Source: Arcobacteraceae bacterium (GTDB lineage: Bacteria > Campylobacterota > Campylobacteria > Campylobacterales > Arcobacteraceae). Taken from it: a stretch of 64,000 bases of DNA. The position numbers were made by a program, and so were the translations under genes. The DNA lies in contig OY759974.1 of the NCBI GenBank assembly GCA_963662945.1, positions 2,176,001 to 2,240,000 of the forward strand, in the 5' to 3' direction. The number at the start of each line of letters is the position of its first letter. Positions within the stretch are counted from its first letter, which is position 1. This document shows positions 10,488 to 20,485 of this stretch, piece after piece. Below the pieces are notes generated by a model, which was not told the DNA's origin, searched no databases, and saw nothing but the letters and a program-made list of their open reading frames with translations.

Positions 10488-11093
10488 CTCTTCAAATCTA
10501 TAATGTTCTTTTAGAAGCTTTAATGAGTTTTTAAAGGTACGAGTTTCTTTTTCATCAAATTCAGAACCATTGAGTTTTAATTTATCGTAAATAGTATTAA
10601 GTTCTTTTTTTGACAGTTGTGTTAAGTCTTCATTATGCATTAGGTCTTTAATTTCATTTATATCTGATTGTGGCATAGGAAAGTCAGTATAATATTGTCC
10701 TATTTTATTTACACCCCAAAAATCAATTCCTAATCTCAGATAAAATTGTAATGAAGATGAAACACAATGCATTTTGACTCTTTCAATATCTGCTTGAAGA
10801 AGTATATTATTAAATAGTAAAGTTAAGAGTTGTTTTGCATAACCTTGAAATCGAGATTCAAATGGAGTAAGAATATTATGAATTGTAAGGTATTGATTGT
10901 TTCTTGAAATATGAAAAAAAAGATAACATACATCTTCTCCATTATCTTCTAAACAAAGGCAAGGAAATTTATTCCAACTATAATAACTATCCCACCAATC
11001 AAGTGATTGTTGTGCAAATTGCTGTGAACCTGCGTGTTTGATGTGGGCGATAGATTGAATGTATTGTTCTCTGTTTAAATTTTTTGTTGTCAT
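10464..11093 (-). CDS. GNAT-family N-acetyltransferase
   Basis: RFQGYAKQLL acetyl-CoA motif A; SLQFYLRLG; start likely ATG 11093. Confidence 0.7.
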   Translation of the reverse strand: MTTKNLNREQYIQSIAHIKHAGSQQFAQQSLDWWDSYYSWNKFPCLCLEDNGEDVCYLFFHISRNNQYLTIHNILTPFESRFQGYAKQLLTLLFNNILLQADIERVKMHCVSSSLQFYLRLGIDFWGVNKIGQYYTDFPMPQSDINEIKDLMHNEDLTQLSKKELNTIYDKLKLNGSEFDEKETRTFKNSLKLLKEHYRFEELYDIIHI

Positions 11094-11161
11094 TTTGGCT
11101 CTCTTTCGATTACAGGCCAAATGTCTAATTTTAAGCAATAAATCTTTATTAAATAATACTC

Positions 11162-11178
11162 TGCAAGTACTATACCAC
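11162..11178 (-). promoter_or_regulatory. sigma54 -24/-12 promoter overlapping the upstream DGC stop codon
   Basis: GTGGTATAGTACTTGCA, GG-N10-GC. Confidence 0.65.
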
Positions 11179-13122
11179 TACTTTATTTCTACCACTTTCT
11201 TTTGCTCCATAAAGTTTGTTGTCAGTAAGTTTATATATCTCTTGAGCTTGATAGGTATCATTAAAATCTATAATAAAAAGTCCCATTGAGATAGTAACAT
11301 ATTTAGAAGCAGAATTTCCTGTATGTTCAATATGTAAAGCTTCAATATTTTCTCTAACTTTTTCTGCCATAGAAAAAGCATCTTCTGAAGTTTCTACAGA
11401 GTAAAGCATACCAAATTCTTCTCCACCTAGTCTAAAAATATAGTCGCCAGCTCTATTTAAACTCTTTGTCAAAGACAGTGCCACTTTTTTGAGGACACTA
11501 TCCCCTTCTTGATGACCATAAGTATCGTTGTATTGTTTAAAGTGGTCTATATCCATAATTGCAAATGCTAAAAGTTTTTTGTCTCTTTCGGCTATTTTTA
11601 TTTGTTTTTCAAATATCTCATCAAAATATCTTCTATTGTATAGATTTGTTAACCCATCTGTAATAGAGATAGTATGGAGTAGTTTGTTAGCTGTAATATT
11701 TTGTGCATAGGAGTGATAACCAATAATCTTGTTATTTTTATCTTTCATAGTAGTAATATTAAGATGTATCCAGTAGGTATTTCCCTCTTTATTTACATTT
11801 TGTAGCTCTCCACTCCAGCTACCATTTTCTTCTAAACTTTTATAGAGTTCTTGATAAGTTTCTTTTGGCGTATTGATGCCTGAAAGCATATTATGTTTTT
11901 TCCCTATAAGTTCCTCTTTTGTATATCCTGTAAGTTCACAAAATGCACTTGAGACATTTACCATTTTAGATTCTAAATCTGTAGTGGAAAAAGCTACATA
12001 CTTATCAATAATTTTACTCTCTCTTGAAAGTTCTTCTTGTGTTTTCATCAACTCATTACTAAGCTTTACAGGGGCGATTGCCATTAAAAATGCTATAGGG
12101 ATAGAGATAATAAAGATAATCAAAGTAATAGTTATGATATAGCTTGACTGCTGTTTTTTCATCTGCTCTATTTTATCTTGATCAAATTCATATAAAAGTA
12201 TAAGACCATCTTCATTATATAAACTATCTGATATATTATAAGAGAATATCCCATCGGTACTAAATTGTTTCAAATTTAAAATTTTTGATGCAACTGCTGG
12301 AAATTCTGTTTTTAAAGAGATGTTTTTATTGAGATGTTTTGACCAAGAATAATCCTCTATATTTCCTTTTGTAGTTTTTTCATAATGGATAAAATCACCA
12401 TTTTTATCTATAATAGAGACTTTAAAAAGTGCTGATTTTATAATTTCATCAAGTATAGATTTTGCAAATATGTTTATGATAACAATACCTTCATATTTAT
12501 GCTTAATATACATAGGCATTGCAATTCGTAAGGTTGGAGTAAGGGGATAGCTGATTTTGTTGTTTTCAATATTAAGATCAATTTTTGAGCTCCATATTTC
12601 ATTCTCATTTTTCCCTTTTGTTTGTTGAAAATAATATCTATCAGCTTTGTTTTGAAGTTTTTCATCTGGCATAATATAAGGTTTTGAAGCTATGTTATTT
12701 CTATCAATTCTTATATTTTCTAAACCATTTTTATCTATATATCGTATTTGCATAAGTTCATCAACAACAACCATATGACTTTTTAAAATCTCTTGCATAT
12801 TTTCTTTGAACTTTTGTTTCATTTGAATATCATCGTTATTTATACTTATATATTGTTGGAAAGTTTTATTTTCATTGATTGAATGTAAAATATTTTCATA
12901 AATCTTTATATGATTACTTAGAGTTGAAATTTTTAGTTCAAAACTACTTTGTGCTGAGTCATAGAGTTCTTCATTGATACTCTTTTTTTCATAGTAGGTG
13001 CTTACAAAAAATGAGATAAAAGCAATAATAAGTCCAAATATTCCAAAAAGAAATATAAAAAGAGCTCGAACATTAAATGAACTTGAAAATATAAATTTTG
13101 TAAAATTACTTGATCCTTGCAT
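11170..13122 (-). CDS. Cache-PAS-GGDEF diguanylate cyclase
   Basis: RAGDYIFRLGGEEF; periplasmic region paralogous to 6863-8731. Confidence 0.9.
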   Translation of the reverse strand: MQGSSNFTKFIFSSSFNVRALFIFLFGIFGLIIAFISFFVSTYYEKKSINEELYDSAQSSFELKISTLSNHIKIYENILHSINENKTFQQYISINNDDIQMKQKFKENMQEILKSHMVVVDELMQIRYIDKNGLENIRIDRNNIASKPYIMPDEKLQNKADRYYFQQTKGKNENEIWSSKIDLNIENNKISYPLTPTLRIAMPMYIKHKYEGIVIINIFAKSILDEIIKSALFKVSIIDKNGDFIHYEKTTKGNIEDYSWSKHLNKNISLKTEFPAVASKILNLKQFSTDGIFSYNISDSLYNEDGLILLYEFDQDKIEQMKKQQSSYIITITLIIFIISIPIAFLMAIAPVKLSNELMKTQEELSRESKIIDKYVAFSTTDLESKMVNVSSAFCELTGYTKEELIGKKHNMLSGINTPKETYQELYKSLEENGSWSGELQNVNKEGNTYWIHLNITTMKDKNNKIIGYHSYAQNITANKLLHTISITDGLTNLYNRRYFDEIFEKQIKIAERDKKLLAFAIMDIDHFKQYNDTYGHQEGDSVLKKVALSLTKSLNRAGDYIFRLGGEEFGMLYSVETSEDAFSMAEKVRENIEALHIEHTGNSASKYVTISMGLFIIDFNDTYQAQEIYKLTDNKLYGAKESGRNKVVV

Positions 13123-13166
13123 AGAGTACCTTTTTCTTTGTTTTGTAACAGAATAAATTAATTGTA

Positions 13167-15149
13167 CTATAAACTATCTATATCTTTTATAATCTTTTGA
13201 ATATTAGTAGAGTAACTAAAACAGCTACTTATCTTACACGCTAAATACTCATCACTATCATACTCTTTTTTATAAACAAAGGGATAGTTGAAATCTTTTG
13301 GTGAAAATTTTTCAAGATTTTCTTTTCTTGCTTTGATAAATACAGGTTCATATTGAAAATACAAAGATGCCATTGTAGTATTTGGAAAATATGAGGGATA
13401 TTTGTTGATATGTTCTATGTAGTATTGCATTGATTTTTTTACTATCTCATATACTTTGTAATCTTCTTGCATAGAACTATAGAGTATGAGGTTGTTAAAA
13501 AGTACCCCTAAAGCACTTGCATACCCACTCTCTTCAATATCTGCATAAGTTTCAAATCCATCATTTGATTCTATCCATCTTCCATCTTTGTAAAACAGTT
13601 CAATTGATTTTTTTACAAGCTCTTCATAGAGGGTGAGATATTTCTCATCTAAAGTAATTTGATAGGTTTCAAACAAGGTATCAATCAAAAAGCTATAGTC
13701 TTCTAATATCCCACTTTGAACAGGTGTTTTCCCTTTGATTGTTTGGTGGTAAAGTTCCCCATTTTTATACATCAAAGATATTAAACTATCAAGTGAGCTT
13801 AGTGAGTTTTTTAGGTACTCTTTATCTATTGTAGAAGCTATGAGTTTCCCTTTTAGATACAAGGCATTCCAAGCTGTATTTATTTTATTGTCTATAAATG
13901 GATACTCTTTTGTATCGCGGATTTGTTTTAAAAGTGTTATAACTTTTTTTAGGTTTTGTGGTTTGTTTACCCCTAAAATCTCTGGGTTTGAATACTCCCC
14001 ATCAAAGTTTCCATCTTTTACAATTCCTAAATATTTAAGTGACTCGATGGCATCTTTTTCATCAATACCATTTTGTTCTAAATACTCTAAACTCTCTATA
14101 TAATCAAAGACAAAATAATACCCCTCTTCATTTTTCCCTTGGGCATTTTTGCTATCTGCATTACTTGCACTTTTATATACACCATCTTCTAAAAATCTTT
14201 CATCAATTTGAGAAATTGTTTTTTCAATAATCTCTTTAAACAAAGGCTCTTTTGTAATTTTGTAAGCTAAGGTGTATGCTTCAAGAGCTTCTGCATTGGT
14301 ATATAACATCTTTTCAAAATGTGGTATTGTCCATTTTTGATCTACACTATATCTATAAAAAGCCCCCTCAATTTGATCAAATATACCACCTCTTGCCATA
14401 GCTTTTAGAGAATCTACAGCCATAGTTAAAGCTTCTTTGTCACCGTTGATTTGATAGAGTTTTAAAAGCAATATAAGATTTGTAAATTGTGGAAACTTTG
14501 GATGTGTACCAAACCCTTTATACTCTTTGTCATAACTATTTTGAAATTGAGTGATAAGAGTATCTACTACCTTATCATCATAAGTTGCTTTTGAGAGTTG
14601 AAAGTTTTCTTTACTGTTTACCACTTCAAGGATATGTTTCCCTTGCTCTTGTAATTTTGTCCTATCAAAAAGAGCAATCTCTTTTAATACTTCTATAAGT
14701 CCTCGTGAGCCATATCCCGCATATTTTGGTACATAGGTTGCAGAAAAAAATGGCTCTTTGTCAGCTGTCATTGCAATAGTAAGTGGCCATCCACCACCTC
14801 GTTTATTCATCACTCTGTAAACTTTTTGATAAAAACCATCAATATGAGGAAACTGCTCTCTATCTATTTTTATAGAGATAAAATCTTTGTTTAAAATCTT
14901 TGCCACCTCTTCATCTTCAAAAGACTCATGTGCCATCACATGACACCAGTGACAAGTGCTATATCCAATAGATAGAAAGATAAGTTTATTTTCTTTTTTA
15001 GCTTTAGAAAAAGCTTCATCTCCCCAAGGGTACCAATTCACTGGATTGTCTTTGTGTTGTAAAAGATAAGGGGAAGTTTCATTTTGTAATTGATTTGCCA
15101 TAATAATTCCTAAAAAAATAATAAATAATAGAAGAGCTTTTGTAAACAT
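13167..15149 (-). CDS. YyaL/SSP411 (DUF255 thioredoxin-like plus helical barrel) protein
   Basis: [50 protein letters not shown] before ATG 15149. Confidence 0.9.
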   Translation of the reverse strand: MFTKALLLFIIFLGIIMANQLQNETSPYLLQHKDNPVNWYPWGDEAFSKAKKENKLIFLSIGYSTCHWCHVMAHESFEDEEVAKILNKDFISIKIDREQFPHIDGFYQKVYRVMNKRGGGWPLTIAMTADKEPFFSATYVPKYAGYGSRGLIEVLKEIALFDRTKLQEQGKHILEVVNSKENFQLSKATYDDKVVDTLITQFQNSYDKEYKGFGTHPKFPQFTNLILLLKLYQINGDKEALTMAVDSLKAMARGGIFDQIEGAFYRYSVDQKWTIPHFEKMLYTNAEALEAYTLAYKITKEPLFKEIIEKTISQIDERFLEDGVYKSASNADSKNAQGKNEEGYYFVFDYIESLEYLEQNGIDEKDAIESLKYLGIVKDGNFDGEYSNPEILGVNKPQNLKKVITLLKQIRDTKEYPFIDNKINTAWNALYLKGKLIASTIDKEYLKNSLSSLDSLISLMYKNGELYHQTIKGKTPVQSGILEDYSFLIDTLFETYQITLDEKYLTLYEELVKKSIELFYKDGRWIESNDGFETYADIEESGYASALGVLFNNLILYSSMQEDYKVYEIVKKSMQYYIEHINKYPSYFPNTTMASLYFQYEPVFIKARKENLEKFSPKDFNYPFVYKKEYDSDEYLACKISSCFSYSTNIQKIIKDIDSL

Positions 15150-15258
15150 AGTAAACTCCTTTTGATTAATCATAGCACTTGATTATTAAGAGATATTGAA
15201 AATTATAATTGAGTTTTTTGAATAATATTGGATTTATTTAAAGAGTTTGGAGAAGGAG

Positions 15259-16398
15259 CTATTTATCAAAAATAACCAAACTTCTCCCAAATGGTATCTT
15301 ATTTTTATTTTGAGATAAAGCCCATATCACTTCATATGCAGGTGGGATTCTTGGAAAAATCCCCTCCCCATCAGTAAAGTATAATAACATACTAGACATT
15401 GGAATATTTGCATCAATATACTCAAAAGTAGGGCGATAGTCTGTTCCACCTCCACCTTTGAGTGGAAAATCCATCTCTTCTCCACCCATAAAACTATGGT
15501 GCGAGTGTACCTTCGCATCTGCTATAAGAAGTTCTATAGAAACAGCAGGGAAGTTTTGCATGATAGATTTAAACTCCCCTATAAATGCTCCTAAGATATC
15601 TTCTCGTATTGACCCAGAGGTATCTATGGCAACTATGAGGCTTAGTGTATCACTGGTTAAACTTGGCAGTGCTACACCCCTATAGATATGTTTTTTGTTT
15701 GGTGGCATGAAGGCATAGTTATTTCTCATGTGACGATTGATGGCGTTGTAAAGTTCAAATTTCCAGTCGATGTCGTTTGCTTTGATTTTTTTGGCAAATC
15801 TTTCAAGTCCTAGTGGAGTTGAGCTGTTTTTTAGTGTAACTTCTTTTGCTAAACTAGCTGCATAGTCCCACTCCTCCATAGTTTTTTCATCATCTGGATT
15901 GTTGATATTTTTGAAAATAGAGCTATCTCCATCTTTTTCTTTTATAAAGCTTTCTAAGTTTTTTACATCATCATAACTACTTGTACCATTTTGTTCTGCA
16001 AATTCTTTTTTAAGTATCTCATATATCTCTTCAGAATACATATTTTTATACTCAGTGTTGTAGTTTGCACCCTTTGGTATTTTGAGTTTATTTTTGGCTA
16101 ACATATTATTTATAGCATAGTCAGTTGCCAGTTGCCACAATACACCTTTACGATTTAGTTTTCTTTGATTGTGTGCTAAAATATGGTGCATAACGCAGTT
16201 TGTAAGGATAAAAAAAAGTTCATCTTGTGAGAGACTTTCTATATAAGTTGGATTATAGATAAATCTTTTACCATTACTTGCAAAATAATCTATAGCAGAA
16301 TTTTCCTCATGCTTTAATCTTGAAGCTAACATCCCAAAGTAGGGGTGTTTTGCTGTGAGTTGACTTTTTGCTTTGGTTAATTTAAGAGTTGCATCCAT
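15259..16398 (-). CDS. DUF2201-type metallopeptidase-like/vWA-like protein
   Basis: ATDYAIN, MIDAS-like IDTSGS, GGGGTDY, YFTDG. Confidence 0.85.
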   Translation of the reverse strand: MDATLKLTKAKSQLTAKHPYFGMLASRLKHEENSAIDYFASNGKRFIYNPTYIESLSQDELFFILTNCVMHHILAHNQRKLNRKGVLWQLATDYAINNMLAKNKLKIPKGANYNTEYKNMYSEEIYEILKKEFAEQNGTSSYDDVKNLESFIKEKDGDSSIFKNINNPDDEKTMEEWDYAASLAKEVTLKNSSTPLGLERFAKKIKANDIDWKFELYNAINRHMRNNYAFMPPNKKHIYRGVALPSLTSDTLSLIVAIDTSGSIREDILGAFIGEFKSIMQNFPAVSIELLIADAKVHSHHSFMGGEEMDFPLKGGGGTDYRPTFEYIDANIPMSSMLLYFTDGEGIFPRIPPAYEVIWALSQNKNKIPFGRSLVIFDK

Positions 16399-17399
16399 TA
16401 GTGTAGTAAGGTATTGAACTTTCTAGCCCATAGTGGCCAACTTTTTATATAATCAAGTGCAATATCACGGCTTCGTAAATCTTGCACTATCATAACAGCA
16501 AATTCTCCTGGTAAATTAAGAGTATATTTAAGAAGATTATCTAATTCGGCTGCTCTTGTTTCTTCGTCTATTTTCATAGTAAGTGAAGTACAAAGTATAT
16601 GTAAAGCAGAAGTTTCTTCAGGTACATCTGTACTAGTTCCATCAAGAATTTTATCTATATCTGGCAGGTTTTTTGCAACACTTTTAAATCCTAAAAAGGA
16701 AGCAGCCAACTCTTGCCCAATAGCACCACTTACCATATCCATAAGAAGGTCATCATCTGGCGTTGAAGCTAAAATCTCATTGACATATTCCCAAGTTCGT
16801 GGAGTTGCAAATGCTTTTGAGTCATTTTGTGTATTAAAAGCAAAAAGAGCATCTGGTCTATAAGAAGTAAAAGCGATAATAGTAGGGTCAATATCTGTAG
16901 TTTTTGCCCAAGCTTGCCAAACATCTAAATCAACTTCCATATCAAGGTGAACAAATCTATTTGCAAGTGGTGAAGCCATACGAAATACAACGCCTCTATC
17001 ACTTTCTCTATTTCCAGCAGCAACTATAGCCCAACCATCAGGCAAAGTGTATTCACCTATTTTTCTATCAAGGATTAACTGATAAGCACTTGCTTGTACC
17101 ATAGGAGCTGCTGTGTTAAGTTCATCTAAAAATAAAATCCCCTCTTTAACACTTCCATCAGGTAAAAATGAGGCTTTCGCCCAAACAGCACTATTATCTG
17201 CACTATCAAAAAATGGTATTCCTCGTAGATCTGTAGGGTCTAAAAGTGAAAGTCGTAAATCTATAAAACCTATCTCTCTATCTTTTGCAATTTGAGATAC
17301 GATTGAAGACTTTCCAATACCTGGAGGTCCCCATAAAAATACTGGTACTTTTCTTTTTGTTAAGTGGTCTATTGATCTTTTTGCTTTACTTGGATTCAT
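16398..17399 (-). CDS. MoxR-like AAA+ ATPase
   Basis: Walker A GPPGIGKS, Walker B FLDELN, AAGN, LANRF; AAGGAG RBS before ATG 17399. Confidence 0.9.
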   Translation of the reverse strand: MNPSKAKRSIDHLTKRKVPVFLWGPPGIGKSSIVSQIAKDREIGFIDLRLSLLDPTDLRGIPFFDSADNSAVWAKASFLPDGSVKEGILFLDELNTAAPMVQASAYQLILDRKIGEYTLPDGWAIVAAGNRESDRGVVFRMASPLANRFVHLDMEVDLDVWQAWAKTTDIDPTIIAFTSYRPDALFAFNTQNDSKAFATPRTWEYVNEILASTPDDDLLMDMVSGAIGQELAASFLGFKSVAKNLPDIDKILDGTSTDVPEETSALHILCTSLTMKIDEETRAAELDNLLKYTLNLPGEFAVMIVQDLRSRDIALDYIKSWPLWARKFNTLLH

Positions 17400-17428
17400 A
17401 TATGCTACTCCTTGGTTTGTTAAGCTTA

Positions 17429-17445
17429 TGCAAGAAGTATGCCTA
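17429..17445 (-). promoter_or_regulatory. sigma54 -24/-12 promoter of the MoxR-vWA operon
   Basis: TAGGCATACTTCTTGCA, GG-N10-GC. Confidence 0.7.
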
Positions 17446-17492
17446 AGTGTTATTTGCTTTTTATTATAATCCTGCGAAATGGAAATACATAT

Positions 17493-17630
17493 ATGCAAAC
17501 AATAAGTATTTTAGGAAGTGGTTGGTTAGGCTTGCCTTTTACTTTTAAAAACCTAGTTCAATATACAGAAAACTCACAAATAAAAAAGTTAATTTTTTAT
17601 CAAGTCCTGCAAAGCTTCGAAAACTGTTGA
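17493..17630 (+). pseudogene. Internally deleted remnant of an NAD-dependent epimerase (homolog of 18615-19349)
   Basis: MQTISILGSGWLGLPF joined directly to FKNLVQYTENSQIKKLIF; the intact copy has MHSISILGSGWLGFPL...FKNLAQDVKKSQIKKLIF about 60 aa apart. Confidence 0.8.
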
Positions 17631-17633
17631 TAG

Positions 17634-18446
17634 CTAAGACGAGGCTTGACAATTATATTGTTCAATATAATATTTCATATCAAACAAATCAATCTGCTGA
17701 TAGTACGGAGCATAAGGAATCTTAGGACGCTTAAAAATAACACCCCTAACAGCCATTACTCCAAGAGCACCTGCAACGTAAGAATTTGCAGTAGATGAAG
17801 GAATGTGACCTTTCCCAGCAAGTAATTCCTCTACAGCATAACCATAATGAATGTCACTTGTAGGATTGGGATAAACCCCTTTAGCTAATTTTTTAAAGAA
17901 CGTGTCTTGTGTTTCATTTTCATCCAAACCAAAATACTGGTCAAAAGAGATTCCACATTCTTTATCAAAAACAAGACAGATTGAACCTTGTCCCACTAAG
18001 TAATTTGAAACAATAGGCTTGCCTGTTTCATAGGCATACTGATTTAGCTTTTGCTTAACATTACCAGCAGTCACATCAATAGCATCCATAACAAGATCAG
18101 CCCAATCTACAATCTCCTTATAGTTTTCAAGAGTCACTCCATCGTGATACTGCTTTAATTGAACTTCAGGATTAATATCCTTTATCGCCTCTGCTACACA
18201 TTCAACCTTGCTTTTGTCCATTGTTTTCATACTTGAACTAAACTGACGATTTAAATCAGGAGGATCAAAAAGGGCAACATCAGTAATGAGTAAGTTTTCG
18301 CAGCCAAGACGCACAAGAGATTCAGCATAACGTCCACCAACTCCACCAACTCCTAAAATTGCAATTTTCGTATGACGTAGCTTTTCCATCTCATCACTAC
18401 TGACTGTTCCAATATTCCGCCCAAAAGCCTCATCATAGTTGAACAT
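17634..18446 (-). CDS. ThiF/MoeB/HesA-family adenylyltransferase
   Basis: IAILGVGGVGG, DLNRQF, KVEC, DAID; GGAGG RBS before ATG 18446. Confidence 0.85.
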   Translation of the reverse strand: MFNYDEAFGRNIGTVSSDEMEKLRHTKIAILGVGGVGGRYAESLVRLGCENLLITDVALFDPPDLNRQFSSSMKTMDKSKVECVAEAIKDINPEVQLKQYHDGVTLENYKEIVDWADLVMDAIDVTAGNVKQKLNQYAYETGKPIVSNYLVGQGSICLVFDKECGISFDQYFGLDENETQDTFFKKLAKGVYPNPTSDIHYGYAVEELLAGKGHIPSSTANSYVAGALGVMAVRGVIFKRPKIPYAPYYQQIDLFDMKYYIEQYNCQASS

Positions 18447-18614
18447 TTTCCCCTCCAAATAACAAAAAATTTAAATAAACAATAATATAATATATATTAA
18501 TGTAAGATAAATATATTTTAACTACTTAAAGTATATATTACAAAAAAGTAAAAGTGGAAGAGTATGTTTAAAGAATTTGATCATATAAAATTCAATATAT
18601 AGTTTAGGATATTT

Positions 18615-19349
18615 ATGCATAGTATAAGCATATTAGGAAGCGGTTGGCTTGGGTTTCCTTTGGCAAAAGAGTTATCTGCAAAGTACGATATAAAACTAAC
18701 AACTAAAACAAAAAGTAAAATAGCTGGTTTAGTTTTTAAAAACATAGAACCATATTTAATAGATATAGATAATCTTTCTCAAACTATTGAAGAGTTTTTA
18801 GAAGCGGATATTTTGATTATCAATATACCATCAAAAAATATTGAGGCTTTTAAAAATTTAGCCCAAGATGTAAAAAAATCACAAATAAAAAAGTTGATTT
18901 TTATAAGTTCAACTAGTGCATGTAGAGATGAGAAAAGTTCCCTTTTAAAGATAGAAAAAATATTTCAAAATATTGATAAACAAACTACTATTTTACGCTT
19001 TGGTGGACTTATCGGATATGGAAGAAACCCAGCAAACTTTTTTAAAAACAATAAAATAGTACCAAATCCACAAACACCTGTAAATATGATACATAGAGAT
19101 GATTGTATCTGTATCATACAAGAGATTTTAAAACAAGATGTTTTTGATGAGGTTTTTAATTGTTGTAGTCCTACCCATCCTACAAAAAAAGAGTTTTATA
19201 CTTATTGTGCTATATCTTCTTGTTTGCCTATTCCTACTTTTGATACAGTAGAAAACAAAGAGCAATATACTATAATTTCAACTGAGAAACTAATAGATAA
19301 ATTAAACTACCAATTCATCCATCCTGATTTGATGAAAATACAACTATAA
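18615..19349 (+). CDS. NAD(P)-dependent epimerase/dehydratase (YeeZ-like)
   Basis: GSGWLG, FISSTS, LRFGGLIG, VNMIHRDD. Confidence 0.85.
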   Translation: MHSISILGSGWLGFPLAKELSAKYDIKLTTKTKSKIAGLVFKNIEPYLIDIDNLSQTIEEFLEADILIINIPSKNIEAFKNLAQDVKKSQIKKLIFISSTSACRDEKSSLLKIEKIFQNIDKQTTILRFGGLIGYGRNPANFFKNNKIVPNPQTPVNMIHRDDCICIIQEILKQDVFDEVFNCCSPTHPTKKEFYTYCAISSCLPIPTFDTVENKEQYTIISTEKLIDKLNYQFIHPDLMKIQL

Positions 19350-19359
19350 AAGAGTAACA

Positions 19360-19803
19360 ATGAAAGTAAAATATATAAAAAAACTGATGATCTCAGGTAT
19401 CAGTGTAACTACAAACAATACAAATGAGATGAATGAAGAGACACAAAAGATAGCACCACTTTGGGAGAAATATGACACAGAAAATATTTATGCAAAAACT
19501 TTCAATAAAGCAAATGATTCTAGTTTTTATGGGGTGTATTCTAATTATGTTTCAGATTTCAATGGTGACTATGATGTAACAGTTGGGGTGGAAGTAACAA
19601 CGCCAAAAAATGCAATAATCATAGAAGATGAAAGATACTTAGTATTTACAAAACAAGGGGAACTTCCAGATGTTGCTTTTGAAGCTTGGCAGGAGGTATG
19701 GGATTATTTTGCAAACAATAGTGAATATGAAAGAAAATATACGGTAGATTTTGAAAAGTATTCAAAAGAAGATGAGATAGAGATTTATATAGCTATCAAA
19801 TAA
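19360..19803 (+). CDS. GyrI-like/Cass2 effector-binding protein
   Basis: YGVYSNY, GELPD..WQEVW, DFEKY, IEIYIAI. Confidence 0.85.
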   Translation: MKVKYIKKLMISGISVTTNNTNEMNEETQKIAPLWEKYDTENIYAKTFNKANDSSFYGVYSNYVSDFNGDYDVTVGVEVTTPKNAIIIEDERYLVFTKQGELPDVAFEAWQEVWDYFANNSEYERKYTVDFEKYSKEDEIEIYIAIK

Positions 19804-19816
19804 AGGGTAAGACTAG

Positions 19817-20416
19817 ATGTCTATAGAGATAAAAGACCATGCTGATATTTTTGCAGAAGAATTTACAGAGTTAAAACTTCACGGACAAAAGATAAAATAT
19901 GCTGAATTTGAAGAGTGTACTTTTAAGTCATGTGATTTTAGCCAAACTACTTTTTTAGCTTGTAGATTTATAGATTGTTATTTTCATAACTGTAATCTTA
20001 GTGTTGTAAAACTCACAGATACAAAACTTGGAAATGTTGAATTTATCTCTTCAAAACTCATAGGAATTGATTGGACTATGTGTGATTGGAAAAGTTTATT
20101 GGGTGATAAAAGATTAAGTTTTTATGAGTCTATCTTGGATGGAAGTAATTTTTATGGATTGAATATAGATAGAATTATTTTAAAAAATTCTCAGGTTAAA
20201 GATGTAGATTTCCGTGGATGTTCTATGAAAAATGGTAATTTACAAGGAAGTGATTTTCATAGAAGTGTATTTGAAAATACATATCTTGAATATAGTAATT
20301 TTACAGATGCTAAAAATATATCTTTGAAAATTTGTGCAAATCATTTTAAAGAAACTATTCTGCCACACTTTGAAGCACTTAATTTACTTGAATCACAAGG
20401 CATTATCTTAAATTGA
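19817..20416 (+). CDS. pentapeptide repeat protein
   Basis: Repeating F/L every 5 residues (FEECTFKSCDFS...). Confidence 0.85.
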   Translation: MSIEIKDHADIFAEEFTELKLHGQKIKYAEFEECTFKSCDFSQTTFLACRFIDCYFHNCNLSVVKLTDTKLGNVEFISSKLIGIDWTMCDWKSLLGDKRLSFYESILDGSNFYGLNIDRIILKNSQVKDVDFRGCSMKNGNLQGSDFHRSVFENTYLEYSNFTDAKNISLKICANHFKETILPHFEALNLLESQGIILN

Positions 20417-20485
20417 AAAAATGTAATAAACTTCTATGGAATAGATAATGTAGTACTTTTAGAATAAAATCTATAAGGAGTCACT

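Noticed and set aside
3037-17600. Canonical NifA TGT-N10-ACA enhancers upstream of the sigma54 sites
   Set aside because: None found by eye in the 100-200 nt upstream of each site; only one N11 variant at 8933
17601-17650. CTAAGACGAGGCTTGAC resembling an IS200/IS605-type end
   Set aside because: Too short, no matching hairpin or transposase, and it overlaps the ThiF C-terminus
17634-18446. ThiF gene as nif-associated hesA or as a RiPP enzyme
   Set aside because: No sigma54 site or precursor peptide seen, and it cannot be assigned to a subfamily by eye. GC looks raised, but so does the neighbouring MoxR gene.
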